Positions 44,139-54,760 are shown, counted from the whole stretch's first letter. The stretch: DNA of 63,622 nucleotides, filler included, from Vannella sp. (GCA_023345925.1; 8 parts of 8 records of this genome joined end to end with filler, not necessarily neighbours in it), one strand, 5' to 3'. The notes: generated by a model from the letters alone, not told the origin. Numbers and translations: made by a program.

Positions 44139-46507
44139 ATGCTGGTGCGGGCAGGGGCGCTTGGTGGGCTGGGGAGAGCCTTCTGTGGTCGTTTTGGGAC
44201 TATCAGGTGTTGCTCGTATGTCCATGAGAGACTGGAGAAGTGGTCTACCTTGATGAAGCAAAGGGAAAGCCAAAGTGGAGGCGGCGACATATCGGTCCGT
44301 TTTGCTGACTTGGCGGAGCCAATAACGGGCCTAGCGCGGGGCGCCAGTGCGCTTGATGCACTTGAAAGGCATCCTAGTGTTGACGAGATTCGAGAAAAGC
44401 ACTTTGTGGTGGCAGAGATCAACGGAGAGGTGAAGGAACTCACTTCGAAGCTGGAGAAGACTGCCAACGTGGTTCGTTTGATCCCTTTCCAGTCTCCTGT
44501 TGGGCGATCGACCTTCTGGCATTCTTCTGCGCACCTTCTAGGCTATGCACTAGAGCAAGTGAGTGAGAACCCTCGTAGCAATCAAAGAGAACTGACCAAG
44601 ACGGGTTGGCAGCTCTACGACGAGTCAGAGAGCGTACCAAGCCATTGGAAAGGCAAGCCTCCTTCACGCCAAAAGAGCAGGAAGGTTCTACTGGAAGATG
44701 GCCCCGCACTCGAGTCCGGAGGCTTCTTCTACGACTTTGAATTGCTCATGACCGACTCCACCCCGCCACTCCACCCCGCCACCGTCAACAAAGCAGAGCT
44801 AAAGAGAGTACACAAGTGGATGGCGTATCTGAGAGACCAAAGCGAGCCATTCCAGCGCCTAGAACTGTCAAAAACCGAAGCGCTGGACTTGTTTGGGTAC
44901 AATCCACACAAAGTGCGCATCCTCAGTCAGCTATCTGACGATGAAGTGATCACTTGCTATCGGCTTGGTCAATTCATTGACCTTTGTCGAGGTCCCCATG
45001 TCCCAGGAGCTGAGTATCTGCAGTGGTTTGACTTGCGAGAAGCATCCTCCGTCGAGACCGGTTCCGAGTCAAAGATGAACAGGGTGACTGGAATCTCATT
45101 TCCTCGTGAAGAAATGAAGGCAGAATGGGAGCAGCAGCGACGGGATGAGAAGGAGAACGACCACAGGAACATTGGCAAAGTCCAGCAACTCTTTATGTCC
45201 CATCCTTACAGCCCCGGGAGTCCCTTCTTCCTTCCTCATGGCGTCGCTATATACTCTCGTCTGCAACAGTACTTCTCAAACCAGTACAGAAAGCGGGGTT
45301 ACCAAGAAGTAATGACTCCAACAATGTTCTCCAAAGAACTTTGGGAAACCTCTGGGTAAGACTCAAACGAACAGAGAAGAGACTTACCACTCACGGCCAT
45401 GCCAGACACTGGGAAAACTACAAAGAGGACATGTTCACAGTAAGCAGTAATCACAAAATGTTCCAACCGCATGGCTCAGCAGCGGCAAGTTTAAACGCTG
45501 CCATCGAGGAACATGAGAAGCACGAGCACTTTTGCTTGAAGCCGATGAACTGTCCTGCTCATTGTCTTATATTTGAGCACCAAACGCGCTCTTACAAGGA
45601 CCTTCCCATCCGCTTTGCCGAATTCGGTGTTTTGCACCGCGATGAATTGGCAGGGGCTCTTACTGGACTGACTCGGGTCCGTAGATTCTGTCAGGATGAT
45701 GCGCACATCTTCTGTACTCCTGAGCAGATTTCCCAGGAGGTTAGTAATCCGCATTGCACCTGAGATGATCTCATTAAGAGTCAGATACGGGATTGTCTGG
45801 ACTTTGTCCGTTCAGTTTATGCAATGTTTGGTTTTGAGTTCTCTTTGGCCCTTTCCACTCGACCAGAGAAGGCGATGGGAAGTCTAGAGCAGTGGGATGC
45901 TGCTGAGGCAGCTTTGAAACAGCAATTGAACGATTCCGGAATGAGTTGGTCTGTCAAGGAAGGAGATGGTGCTTTCTATGGACCAAAGATTGACGTCACC
46001 ATCACAGACATTCACCATCGCCAGCACCAATGCGCCACTATCCAACTCGATTTCCAGCTTCCCCAGCGATTCCAACTTCACTACGTTGGCGCAGATGGAA
46101 AGAAACACACTCCAGTCATGATCCATCGGGCCATTCTTGGCTCCTTTGAGCGATTCATTGCCATTCTCGCCGAACACACTCGAGGGCGCTGGCCTCTTTG
46201 GCTCAGTCCTCGCCAGTGTTTAGTCTGCTCAGTGAATGAGAAGAGTAGTGAATACGCTGAAAGCATAGCACGTGAGCTCCAGGATGCTGGACTCCTGGTC
46301 GAGACGAATGTGAACGCAGATCGCCTTCCCAAGAAGATTAAGGAAGCCTCAGATCTCCGCTTTAACTACATTGTCATCGTTGGTGAAGAAGAAGCCATCT
46401 CGGGAGAACTCTCTTGGCGAGAGCGAGGCTTTCCAGAAACGCATCGCACTTCTCGAACTGACTTCCGGGACTTTCTCAAAGAGAAGATTGAATCCTTCGC
46501 TGCATAG
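44139..46507 (+). CDS. TARS2: threonyl-tRNA synthetase, probably mitochondrial, multi-exon
   Basis: [57 protein letters not shown]; presequence. Confidence 0.95.
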
Positions 46508-46560
46508 CTCCCAAAGTGTTTGCTGACAGTGATGTGGTGATAAAGAGGATTTATGAGAGT

Positions 46561-48186
46561 TTAGCGCTTGGAGCGTGCTTCCTGTTCGAGGCGTTCTCGT
46601 TCAAGCATGATTCGTTCTTGCTCAAGGTTGCGCTGATACATGTGCTCTTGGCGCTTCTTTTCCTCTTCAAGGCGTTGCTCTCGGGCGAGCTTTTGGCGGT
46701 CGAGGGCTTCTTGACGCTTGCGTTGGGCCTCGGATTGGGCGCTATTAGCGTTGAGTTCACGGGCTTCGCGTTCCGCTCGTTCGAGAGCTTCACGCTCGCG
46801 TTCCTCTCGTTCGAGCTTTTCGCGATTCGCTCTCTCTTGCTCTTCCCTCTCGCGAGCCTCACGTTCAGCAGCTTCGCGATTCGCTCTTTCTCGTTCTGCA
46901 GCTGCGCGCTCCCTTGCCTCTCGTTCAGCACGCTCTCGCTCTTCGCGTTCCCGTGCCTCTCGCTCAGCACGCTCTCTCTCTTCGCGCTCGCGTGCCTCTC
47001 GTTCAGCAGCCTCCCGAGCAGCTCTGTCGCGTGCTTCGTCGTCCTTCTTGGACTTGGCGTGGATGCCAAGCTTGGCCAGTGCTTCAATGGCAACCTCTTT
47101 CGTCTCTGGGTCGCGGGAGCGAACCAAAACCTTCAGACCGTCCGCTCCACCCTGCTCTTTGATGAGAGCACGAAGCTCAGGGTTGGAAGCGAGCGCATTC
47201 AAGGCACAGGCTACGCGGTACTGCACCTCGTCGTTCTAGCTCTGTGTGAGAAGGTGCAGAAGTGGGTACATCAGATCACGAACCTTACAACGCCTTGCGA
47301 GGTTGACGAGCTTGGCGATGGTTCCCTTCTCCATCATGTCGTTGTGGTTGAGCTGTTCTAATGCGAGGTTGGCAATGGCAGAAGAAGCTCCCTTGAGTAC
47401 AAGAATGTTGGTAGAGTCCAAACCATCCAGGACAGGGCTGAGTCCTCCACGCTCCACCACGGTACGACGAAGAGCAGGATTATTGGCAATGTTAGCCAAG
47501 GTGTGGAGTGCAGCAGTGCGCAGCTCATCATCAGCTGAGTGAGAGAACGTAATGATAGTCTCCAAACCCCCATCATTGATGACGCTGGCGATGTTCTCGT
47601 CGTTGGAGCAGAGATTGGCAAAGGCGTTGCAGCAAGCTCGTTGCATTTTGATGTCATCCTTCAAGGCTAAGCTCTTGAGCACCTCCAAGCCTCCTTCTTT
47701 CATGATGTGGCAATGCATGTTGTCGTTGAGAGAGAGGTTGGCGATGATGTTGCACGCAATTCGCTGCACTTCAGGCAGCTCAGACTTGGTTCTACGTAAG
47801 ATAGCAGCCCAACCGATATCTTGAATGATGCCTTCGTGCGTAGCTTCGTTGTTACCAGCCAAGGTGCTGATGGTCCACAGGGCACACTTCTGGGCTTCGA
47901 GGTTTTTGTAACCAAGCATCTCTGACATCGGCTTGAACCCGTGGTCAACAACACCAACGTCGTTCTTCGTCTTTCTAAGGTTCGCAGTGAACTCCTCTGC
48001 CATAGCGCGGATCTTTGGGTGCTCGTGATTCAAAAGGTCCAACAGCGACTCCAAACCAGCCTCGTCCGCCCACATCAGATGCTCCTTCTCCACCGTAGCA
48101 GCGTGGTCGAACATGCTTGACAAGTCTCGCACTCCAGGACGACGCAAAGTCTTAAGGCGCGTTGTTCCAACTCCTTTGTGTGGCAT
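46561..48186 (-). CDS. armadillo-repeat protein (Vac8-like repeats) with charged Glu/Arg/Ala helical tail (2 exons)
   Basis: ARM repeats (ANLS..GGL); tail of EREARE-type repeats; start MPHKGVG. Confidence 0.88.
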
Positions 48187-48448
48187 AGCGAGGGAGACCG
48201 GACGAAGAGCAAATAAATCATGGTTCGCACACTCCGACCAAAACCCATAAAAAGTCCATTGGTAAAGGTCCCGATCGAATGTAGAGGTGCTTTTCAACGG
48301 TGCCAGAGGATGTGGTTTGGGGTGCCTCGAAATGCTGGTTTTCGCCTTCCCTGCAGATGGGCGGTTAAATGCCCTTCCAGAAAGCTTAACCAGAGGCTCG
48401 AAAGGGTTTAAGGCTCTGTCCGCTCTCTCTTGGGCCCATTTTTTGGGG

Positions 48449-51379
48449 ATGAGCTGGGAAAGAGGGTCACATCTTGTGCAGGGCTCCTGGCACGTGGATT
48501 GGGTGAAACGCCGTCTGAAACTTTTTCCAGAGGATCTCAACAAGGTACTTTCATTGATTGAGTGCTCCTCTTCCACAGAACTCACCGTTTGGCGCTGCAT
48601 TTATTCGGTGAGGAACTGATCTCTCCCCCCTCCCGTTGCCATGCCTCTTTTTATGGAGGAATGAGAAGGAGAAGGAAGGAGGAGAAGTGTTCACCTTTGA
48701 GGGATGGGTTTAGGAGGTTAGTGAGTGATGTATCGGCCATCTCTTCCTCCCTTCCTCCCGTTCAGCATCTCTTTCAATGCGAATGAGAGAGAACAAGAAG
48801 GAAGGGATTAGGAGACGGCAAAGAAGAAGTGGAGAAGTAGAAAAGGAGAAGAACTCACCGAAATGGGGATCCTTCTAGCCCGTAAGTGGTTCTGCTCCTC
48901 CCTTTCCTTTGCTTTCGGAGAAGAAGGAACAAGAGAAGAAGAAGATGTTGCCTTCATTATCCTTCAACTTCCACTGGAAGAGAACGGATAGGGAAATGGA
49001 ATGAGGAAGAAAAGAAGGAGAACTCATCTTTCAGGAACATGCTTTTAGAAGGTTGGTGGCGCATTCATCGACATTTCTTCAATGAGCTTTCTTTGTTGAG
49101 GAGAGAAGTTGAAAACTCACCTTCTTGGGATGATGCTTTCAGCCAGTAAGTGGTCGACCTGCATCCCTCCTAGGAAATGAATCTCCTAGAAGAACTCACC
49201 ATGGCGGGGATATGTGCAGTATGTGAGTGACTGATCCTTCCGCGTCTCGCTCTCATCTGATGTATTTTCTCTGAGGAATGAGAGAGAATGGCGGGAAACT
49301 CACCTTTTGGGATGTCTTTAGAATGTAAGAAAGCAATCTTTCAGACTTCTTCTCTCTTGTTTCGGGATGTTTCTAAAATCTCTGATGGAATGCTCACCTT
49401 CTGGGGAAACTTCCAGACGGTAAGCAAGGGATGTCATTTGGGAGATGCGCCAAAGGAAGCTTTGAGAGATTGGGAGTTGCTGCGTCTTCCGGGAGACGAG
49501 CTTCCTTCTCCTCCTTTCTTGTTTGAAGGAATCGCCTGTGACAAATAGCTGACTTGGAGCAGACCCCTCTGATTGATGCATGCCTGAAGAAACAAAGTAA
49601 GACTGTCAAATACTTGCTTTCCCTTCGTGGGATCGATGCCAATGGGGTGCGTTCCCCTCCATTAACAATTCTCATCTGAACTGCTCTTATAACAGACCGT
49701 AAGACCCCCTTTTCCCTTCTTCTTTGGGCTCTCCAAAGAAGTGAAGCATTCTTCACTCACTGAGGTGCTCCTCCATCATTTCGACTGATTGCTGGTCTTT
49801 GTGGCCTTCAAATTGAAGAAATCGAAGGAACCCCTCAAGAAACTCACTTTGCGGTGCAACTATAGAATGTGAGTGATTGACCCAACACTCCTTTCAAATA
49901 CTCGGGAAAGGAGAAGAAAGAAGAGAGAACAAGGAGAGGGAAGAGAGCAAGAACAAAAACTCACCTTTTGAGGGATTCTTTTAGTTTGTAAGTGACTCAT
50001 CCATTCACTGGGAGCCCTTTCCCTTCGGTGGAAACAAAGAGAAAGAAGAGAAGAGGAGAAGGAGAAGAACTCACCATAATGGGGATGCTTTTAGTCTGTA
50101 AGTGACTGATCCTTCAGCCCCTCCCTTTTGCTGGAGGAGGGGCAAGGAGAAGAAATGACAGAAGAGAGAGAAAGTTTTTACTAACTCTTATGTTGACGTT
50201 AGGGAGTAAGTGACTGGTCCATCAGCCCAGTCCTGTAGCTCCTCTTTGATATCTCTCTCTGGGAACCCCCGAAAAGCTTTTTAATCTTATAGAAGAATTC
50301 ACCATTGAATGCTTTTAGAACGTAAGCAACTCTCACAGATGGGAAAGGAAAAGAGGGCACGAGAAGGAGTTCTCATCATGAGGGATTAAGACGCCCTTGG
50401 ATATTGCTCTCAGAGGGAGCTACAACCATGAGATTGCTAAGATGCTCGTTCATAATGGAGGAAGGGCCAATAAGGTGTGTTGATAAATGGGAAGGGGAGA
50501 TGAGAATTGATGAATGAGCAGGAAACAGAAAAACTTGAGATCTTCCTTATGAACAATCGGATGGCGACTTGGCCTGCCGCTGTGAGCCTTGTGAAGGCGT
50601 TCGGACTTCCTGACTGCGTTGCAGACTTCTTGACGATGGCCCTTCCAAAAAACAATCTGCAGATGATGAAATGGTTCGAAAACGGGCGATTGCCGTGTTC
50701 CTTCTCTCTTCAGCCATTGTGGGAGCCACTTATGACTCAATTGGATCACTTCGACCAGACACTGATCAAGCTGGTGTCCACCATCACCAATGCAGAACTT
50801 GAGGAGCTCCAGCAGATTGACTTGGATGCTTTTTTGCCTTTCGTTCGATTAGCCGCCCAGGTGGAGAAAGAACTTGTCTTGCAACTTGAAGCCCAGCTAG
50901 CGAAGGACAGAAAGCGCCTCGCTCCTTTGGATGGGGCAGAAAGGCCAAAACTCAGTTTACTGCTCAATTGCTTTGGAGCAAGTGCAATTGCTATCCAATC
51001 GCTTCCATTACTCGACAGCAAGACCTTGATGTCGTGCAACAAGGGAAAACTGAAAAAGCTGAGATATGCTTTGGAAACTCGGATCATTTACAGTTTGGAT
51101 GAACAGATCATTTTGCTCTACACTCGAGAGCGCCTTATGAAAGGAAAGCTCCCATTTGCCAAGCATGACTGTCCTCTTTGCAACTGCATTGAAATCCAAG
51201 AGATAGCCGAGTTCCTGAACAACAACGGAATCAATGTGGATACAGAGGCGATGCGGAGAACGCGGGCCTATGGGCGCGGAGCGTTGGTCGTCCTCTCTGC
51301 AAAGGACCTGAACTTGCCAAGTCATGACGAAAAGGTTCTGAAGAAGTGTCGTCAAGCTCATTGCAACTCCAAGAATTAA
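48449..51379 (+). CDS. ankyrin-repeat protein with hairpin loops encoded by arrays of 3-nt microexons (about 386 aa)
   Basis: Exon 48449-48544; 3-nt exons at 48714, 48879, 49049, 49143, 49220, 49322, 49417; exon 49563-49646 (TPLIDAC..GIDANG); 3-nt exons at 49696, 49866, 49985, 50095, 50203, 50319; exon 50391-50474 (TPLDIAL..GGRANK); exon 50522-51379. All introns are phase 0 and GT-AG. Confidence 0.82.
48575..50390 (+). repeat. dispersed cassette ACTCAC-N~20-AG|NNN|GT(A/G/T)(A/G)G, about 14 copies (branch site / acceptor / microexon / donor)
   Basis: Same motif recurs every 77-170 nt within each cluster, with only the central triplet varying freely. Confidence 0.9.
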
Positions 51380-51805
51380 CGCGCGCGTCTGACAGACTCA
51401 CACCTTTCCTTACCCTCCACACCAATACATCACTCACCACTTTCGCCCCTTTGGGCACTGATACACCTTATTGTCTTTGCAAGGCAAAGCTAAAGCTCCT
51501 CCAAATGCGAATGATGGAAACTACTCTTTGGGAGGAAACTTCAATAGCTAACCTCGACGTCCTCGTTCTTCCAGACAGACTCTTGAAAGATGTAGAGGTG
51601 TTCCTATGAAGCTCAAGCGAACCATCTACAGGGTCACAAAATGACGACGGCTTGCCTTCATCTTTGCAATCATCAAACGCGGCCGTCGTGCGGACACGAA
51701 AGCCGTCATTCGCATTCCCTTCCTGATCAAATGGAGATGGGCGCTTGATGGAATGAAGCAAAGAAAGCTAAAAATGAAGAATGTGAGGTTCTTAGGCATT
51801 TTGTG

Positions 51806-52058
51806 ATGAGCTGGGAAAGGGGGCCAAGTCGCCTGCGGGCCTCCAAGGACTTGGAACGGGTGAAATGCCGTCTGAAACTTCTTCCAGAAGATCTGAATAA
51901 GGTTCCATCCATGGTTGGGTGCGCGTCTTCCACAGAACTCACCGTTTGGCGTTGCATTTAGTTGGTGAACGACTGATCTCGCCCTCCCTGTGGATATCTC
52001 TTTGTCAGAGGGATGAAGGAGAAGAAAGAGCACTCACCTTTAAGGAATGGTTAAGGAG
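51806..52058 (+). pseudogene. partial tandem paralog of the microexon-ankyrin gene (pseudogene or cut by the contig end)
   Basis: Exon 51806-51901 MSWERGPSRLRASKDLERVKCRLKLLPEDLNK, then 3-nt exons TTG (51962) and GAG (52056) in homologous introns; similarity is lost after ~52080. Confidence 0.65.
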
Positions 52059-52139
52059 GTCAGTGACTGATGGATCAGCCTCACGGCGCGTACAGCCCAA
52101 AATTCCAAAATTCGTCCGATTTCACTAAGTCACAAATCC

Positions 52140-52239
52140 NNNNNNNNNNNNNNNNNNNNNNNNNNNNNNNNNNNNNNNNNNNNTTAATTAATTAANNNNN
52201 NNNNNNNNNNNNNNNNNNNNNNNNNNNNNNNNNNNNNNN
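52140..52239. other. artificial contig linker
   Basis: N44-TTAATTAATTAA-N44. Confidence 0.99.
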
Positions 52240-52608
52240 ATCGTTGTTTACGATGTTACCGATCAGGCTTCCTTCAGCAACGTGAAGCAGTGGCTGCAAG
52301 AAATCGACCGATATGCCTGCGAGAACGTCAACAAGTTGCTGGTTGGAAACAAGTGCGATTTGACTACAAAGAAGGTAGTCGACTACAACACCGCAAAGGA
52401 GTTTGCTGATGGACTCGGCATCCCATTCCTGGAGACTTCTGCCAAAAACTCCACCAACGTCGAGGACGCCTTCACCACGATGGCCACCGAGATTCAGAAG
52501 CGAGTCAGTAGCAGCGGTCCCAACATCAACGATAAGACCGGAACAGCCGCTACCGTCGTTGTTTCCCCAGGCAAGAAGAAGGGTGGCAAGGAAGGCTGTG
52601 CTTGTTAA
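52240..52608 (+). CDS. RAB1: Rab1/Ypt1 GTPase, C-terminal part
   Basis: [51 protein letters not shown]-terminal CAC prenylation motif. Confidence 0.96.
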   Translation: MVVYDVTDQASFSNVKQWLQEIDRYACENVNKLLVGNKCDLTTKKVVDYNTAKEFADGLGIPFLETSAKNSTNVEDAFTTMATEIQKRVSSSGPNINDKTGTAATVVVSPGKKKGGKEGCAC

Positions 52609-52981
52609 TTTAATTCTTCAACAAGGCGCTTCTCAGGGCGAGGGCGCTACCGGTCCCCCCTTTTTTGTATCAAATACAATCAGTTGATTATCTACTCCTA
52701 TCCCCTTGTTTGGCATCAAAAGGTACTCCTTCCAGATCACAAAGCTCTGACAGCTGAAGGAAACACTCACACAGCTTATCAAGGGTACATCCCTTGAAGC
52801 CAAGCTAGAAATGCTCAGGAGCCTTCGCCTCGACCGCGAAGACCTGACAGTTCACTCCGCTCTGAAGCCCCAACAAGACGCTTGACTGACTTATTGGGGG
52901 CTCTTCAGTGATTGCATCAATTGATTTTGGTGGGAAATCTTGGTGGGGAACCAATTCAAGGTCATTTCCACCAGGTTCGTT

Positions 52982-54556
52982 ATGGACTCAGCGGCAGCCT
53001 CTCTTGCGGACGAATTCCTCGCTGATCTTGACTCAGAGGACGAGTTTGCTGACCAAGACGATCCCCAGGCAGTTCCAAGTGAGGTGTCCGCTCCTGTTGA
53101 TGCTCAGGGAGATGAGGCAATGACGGATTCGACTCTTGAGAAGGAGACCGCATTTGTGGCTCGCGCAGAAAAGCTTGAAGACGCTTCCAAGCTTCTATTT
53201 GATGGTCGTATCGTCACATTAACGGCCAAGATTGACGCTTACAGGAGAGAGGCGGACGTTAGCTCAGCAACCCCAGCTACTGCCATGGAAAAGATCCTGG
53301 CCGAGCGCCAGGGCGGCCAAGAAAGGTCTCAAGATAACACCTCATATAGCCTCATAGTGGAGTGCAACTCAATCTCTGTAGAGATCGGAGAAGAGCTCGC
53401 GCGCATCCACAAACTCATCCAAGATCTCTTTGGCAAGCGATTCTACGACCTTGAGTCCCTCGTTGTCAACCCTTTAGACTACATTCGTGTGGTTCAGCGA
53501 CTTGCCCCTGCAGAGAGGATCTCCCAAGTCGAACTCGGTGATCTACTTCCAGGTCCTAGCGTGATGGTGATTAAGATGTCAGCCTCGAACTCTGTTAATG
53601 ATGCCGTGAGACTCAGTGAGGAGCAACTTCAGCGAGTTATGGACGCATGCGAGGGAGCTTTGCGACTAGATGCAAGCAAAGTCGCCATTTTGGCCTTTGT
53701 AGAGAGCCAAATGAGCATTGTAGCCCCCAATCTGAGTGCCTTGGTGGGGACTAACATTGCTGCCAATCTAATTGGTATCGCAGGAGGCTTGTTGGCCCTC
53801 TCAAGACTGCCAGCATCAACTGTTCAGGTGCTTGGAGCGGATCGGAAGACTTTGGAAGGGTTCTCAACGGTTGCAACAGTCAACAAGCATGCAGGATTCA
53901 TCTTCGACTGCGATCTGATACAGCAGACTGCTCCTTCCTTCAGAAAGAAGGTCGTTCGAGTGCTGGCTCCCAAATGCTCCCTTGCAGCTCGCCTTGACAC
54001 CTATTCTCTCGATCAAAGTGATGCAGAAGGGCAAAGCATGCGTGAAGAGATCTTAAAGAAGGTCGAAAAGTGGCAAGAGCGCCCCCCTGCGAAGCAAATC
54101 AAAGCGTTGCCTGCTCCTGACGACAAAGTTCGTCCAACACGAGGCGGGAAGCGGATGAGGAAGATGAAAGAGCGATATGCTGTCACTGAGTACCGGAAGC
54201 ACGCCAATAGAATGTCTTTTGGCGTGGCTGAAGAGACCTATGGCAACACTGAACAGGGATTTGGCATGCTCGGAGCTGCCAACCGAGTCAAACTACACGT
54301 GGTACGTGACAAGAAGCTCTCTAAGCAACTGGCACACCGACAAGAGCAAGAGCAACGAAAAGCTCAGAAACGGGGGATTCGCTCGACCGTTGCGGGAGGA
54401 GTATCTGGCCTGGCCTCCTCATTAACAATGACCCCTGTTCAAGGCATGGAACTGATTGACCCAGAAGCGCAGGCCAAGAGGATCAAAGAAGCCAATCAAA
54501 AGTACTTTGGAAAGAGTGGCACCTTCTCACGGCCAGACACACAGGCCCCTCAATAA
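52982..54556 (+). CDS. PRPF31: U4/U6 snRNP protein Prp31
   Basis: SLADEFLADL, APNLSALVG (Nop domain), KALPAPD..RGGKRMRKMKER, ANRMSFG, GLASSL..TPVQGMEL. Confidence 0.96.
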   Translation: MDSAAASLADEFLADLDSEDEFADQDDPQAVPSEVSAPVDAQGDEAMTDSTLEKETAFVARAEKLEDASKLLFDGRIVTLTAKIDAYRREADVSSATPATAMEKILAERQGGQERSQDNTSYSLIVECNSISVEIGEELARIHKLIQDLFGKRFYDLESLVVNPLDYIRVVQRLAPAERISQVELGDLLPGPSVMVIKMSASNSVNDAVRLSEEQLQRVMDACEGALRLDASKVAILAFVESQMSIVAPNLSALVGTNIAANLIGIAGGLLALSRLPASTVQVLGADRKTLEGFSTVATVNKHAGFIFDCDLIQQTAPSFRKKVVRVLAPKCSLAARLDTYSLDQSDAEGQSMREEILKKVEKWQERPPAKQIKALPAPDDKVRPTRGGKRMRKMKERYAVTEYRKHANRMSFGVAEETYGNTEQGFGMLGAANRVKLHVVRDKKLSKQLAHRQEQEQRKAQKRGIRSTVAGGVSGLASSLTMTPVQGMELIDPEAQAKRIKEANQKYFGKSGTFSRPDTQAPQ

Positions 54557-54760
54557 CACAAATGTTCCTTTGAATGAATTGCCTTCATAGCCGCACTCCT
54601 CGAGCCTCACCAAAGGGAGTACCGTGTCGTGATTATTATCCAATTATTGGGTTGCTGCCTTGTGTTCCCATTGTTCGGTTCGTAAAGTGAAAGCTTGCTC
54701 TATTTGAAGATGCATGTAATTTTTAATTATTTGAATGGAGGAGAGACTATTTTTAAGGGA

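Noticed and set aside
46516..47361. 281-aa hydrophobic plus-strand ORF resembling a membrane protein
   Set aside because: Antisense shadow of the E/R/A-repeat tail.
48187..48600. N-terminal extension of the ARM ORF (47236..48600) and the similar minus-strand ORF 51727..51957
   Set aside because: These are the antisense of the ankyrin gene's first exon and intron and of its duplicate. The ARM protein most plausibly starts at MPHKG (48186).
48575..50330. Minus-strand reading of ACTCACC as GGTGAGT splice donors of an antisense gene
   Set aside because: There are no consistently placed minus-strand acceptors and no coherent protein, whereas the plus-strand model gives a fixed 3-nt AG-GT spacing in 13 cassettes.
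48575..50390. CRISPR-like array or transposon terminal repeats
   Set aside because: The repeats are degenerate, spacing is irregular and there is no cas or transposase gene. The conserved bases are spliceosomal branch, acceptor and donor signals, and the spliced product restores ankyrin repeats.
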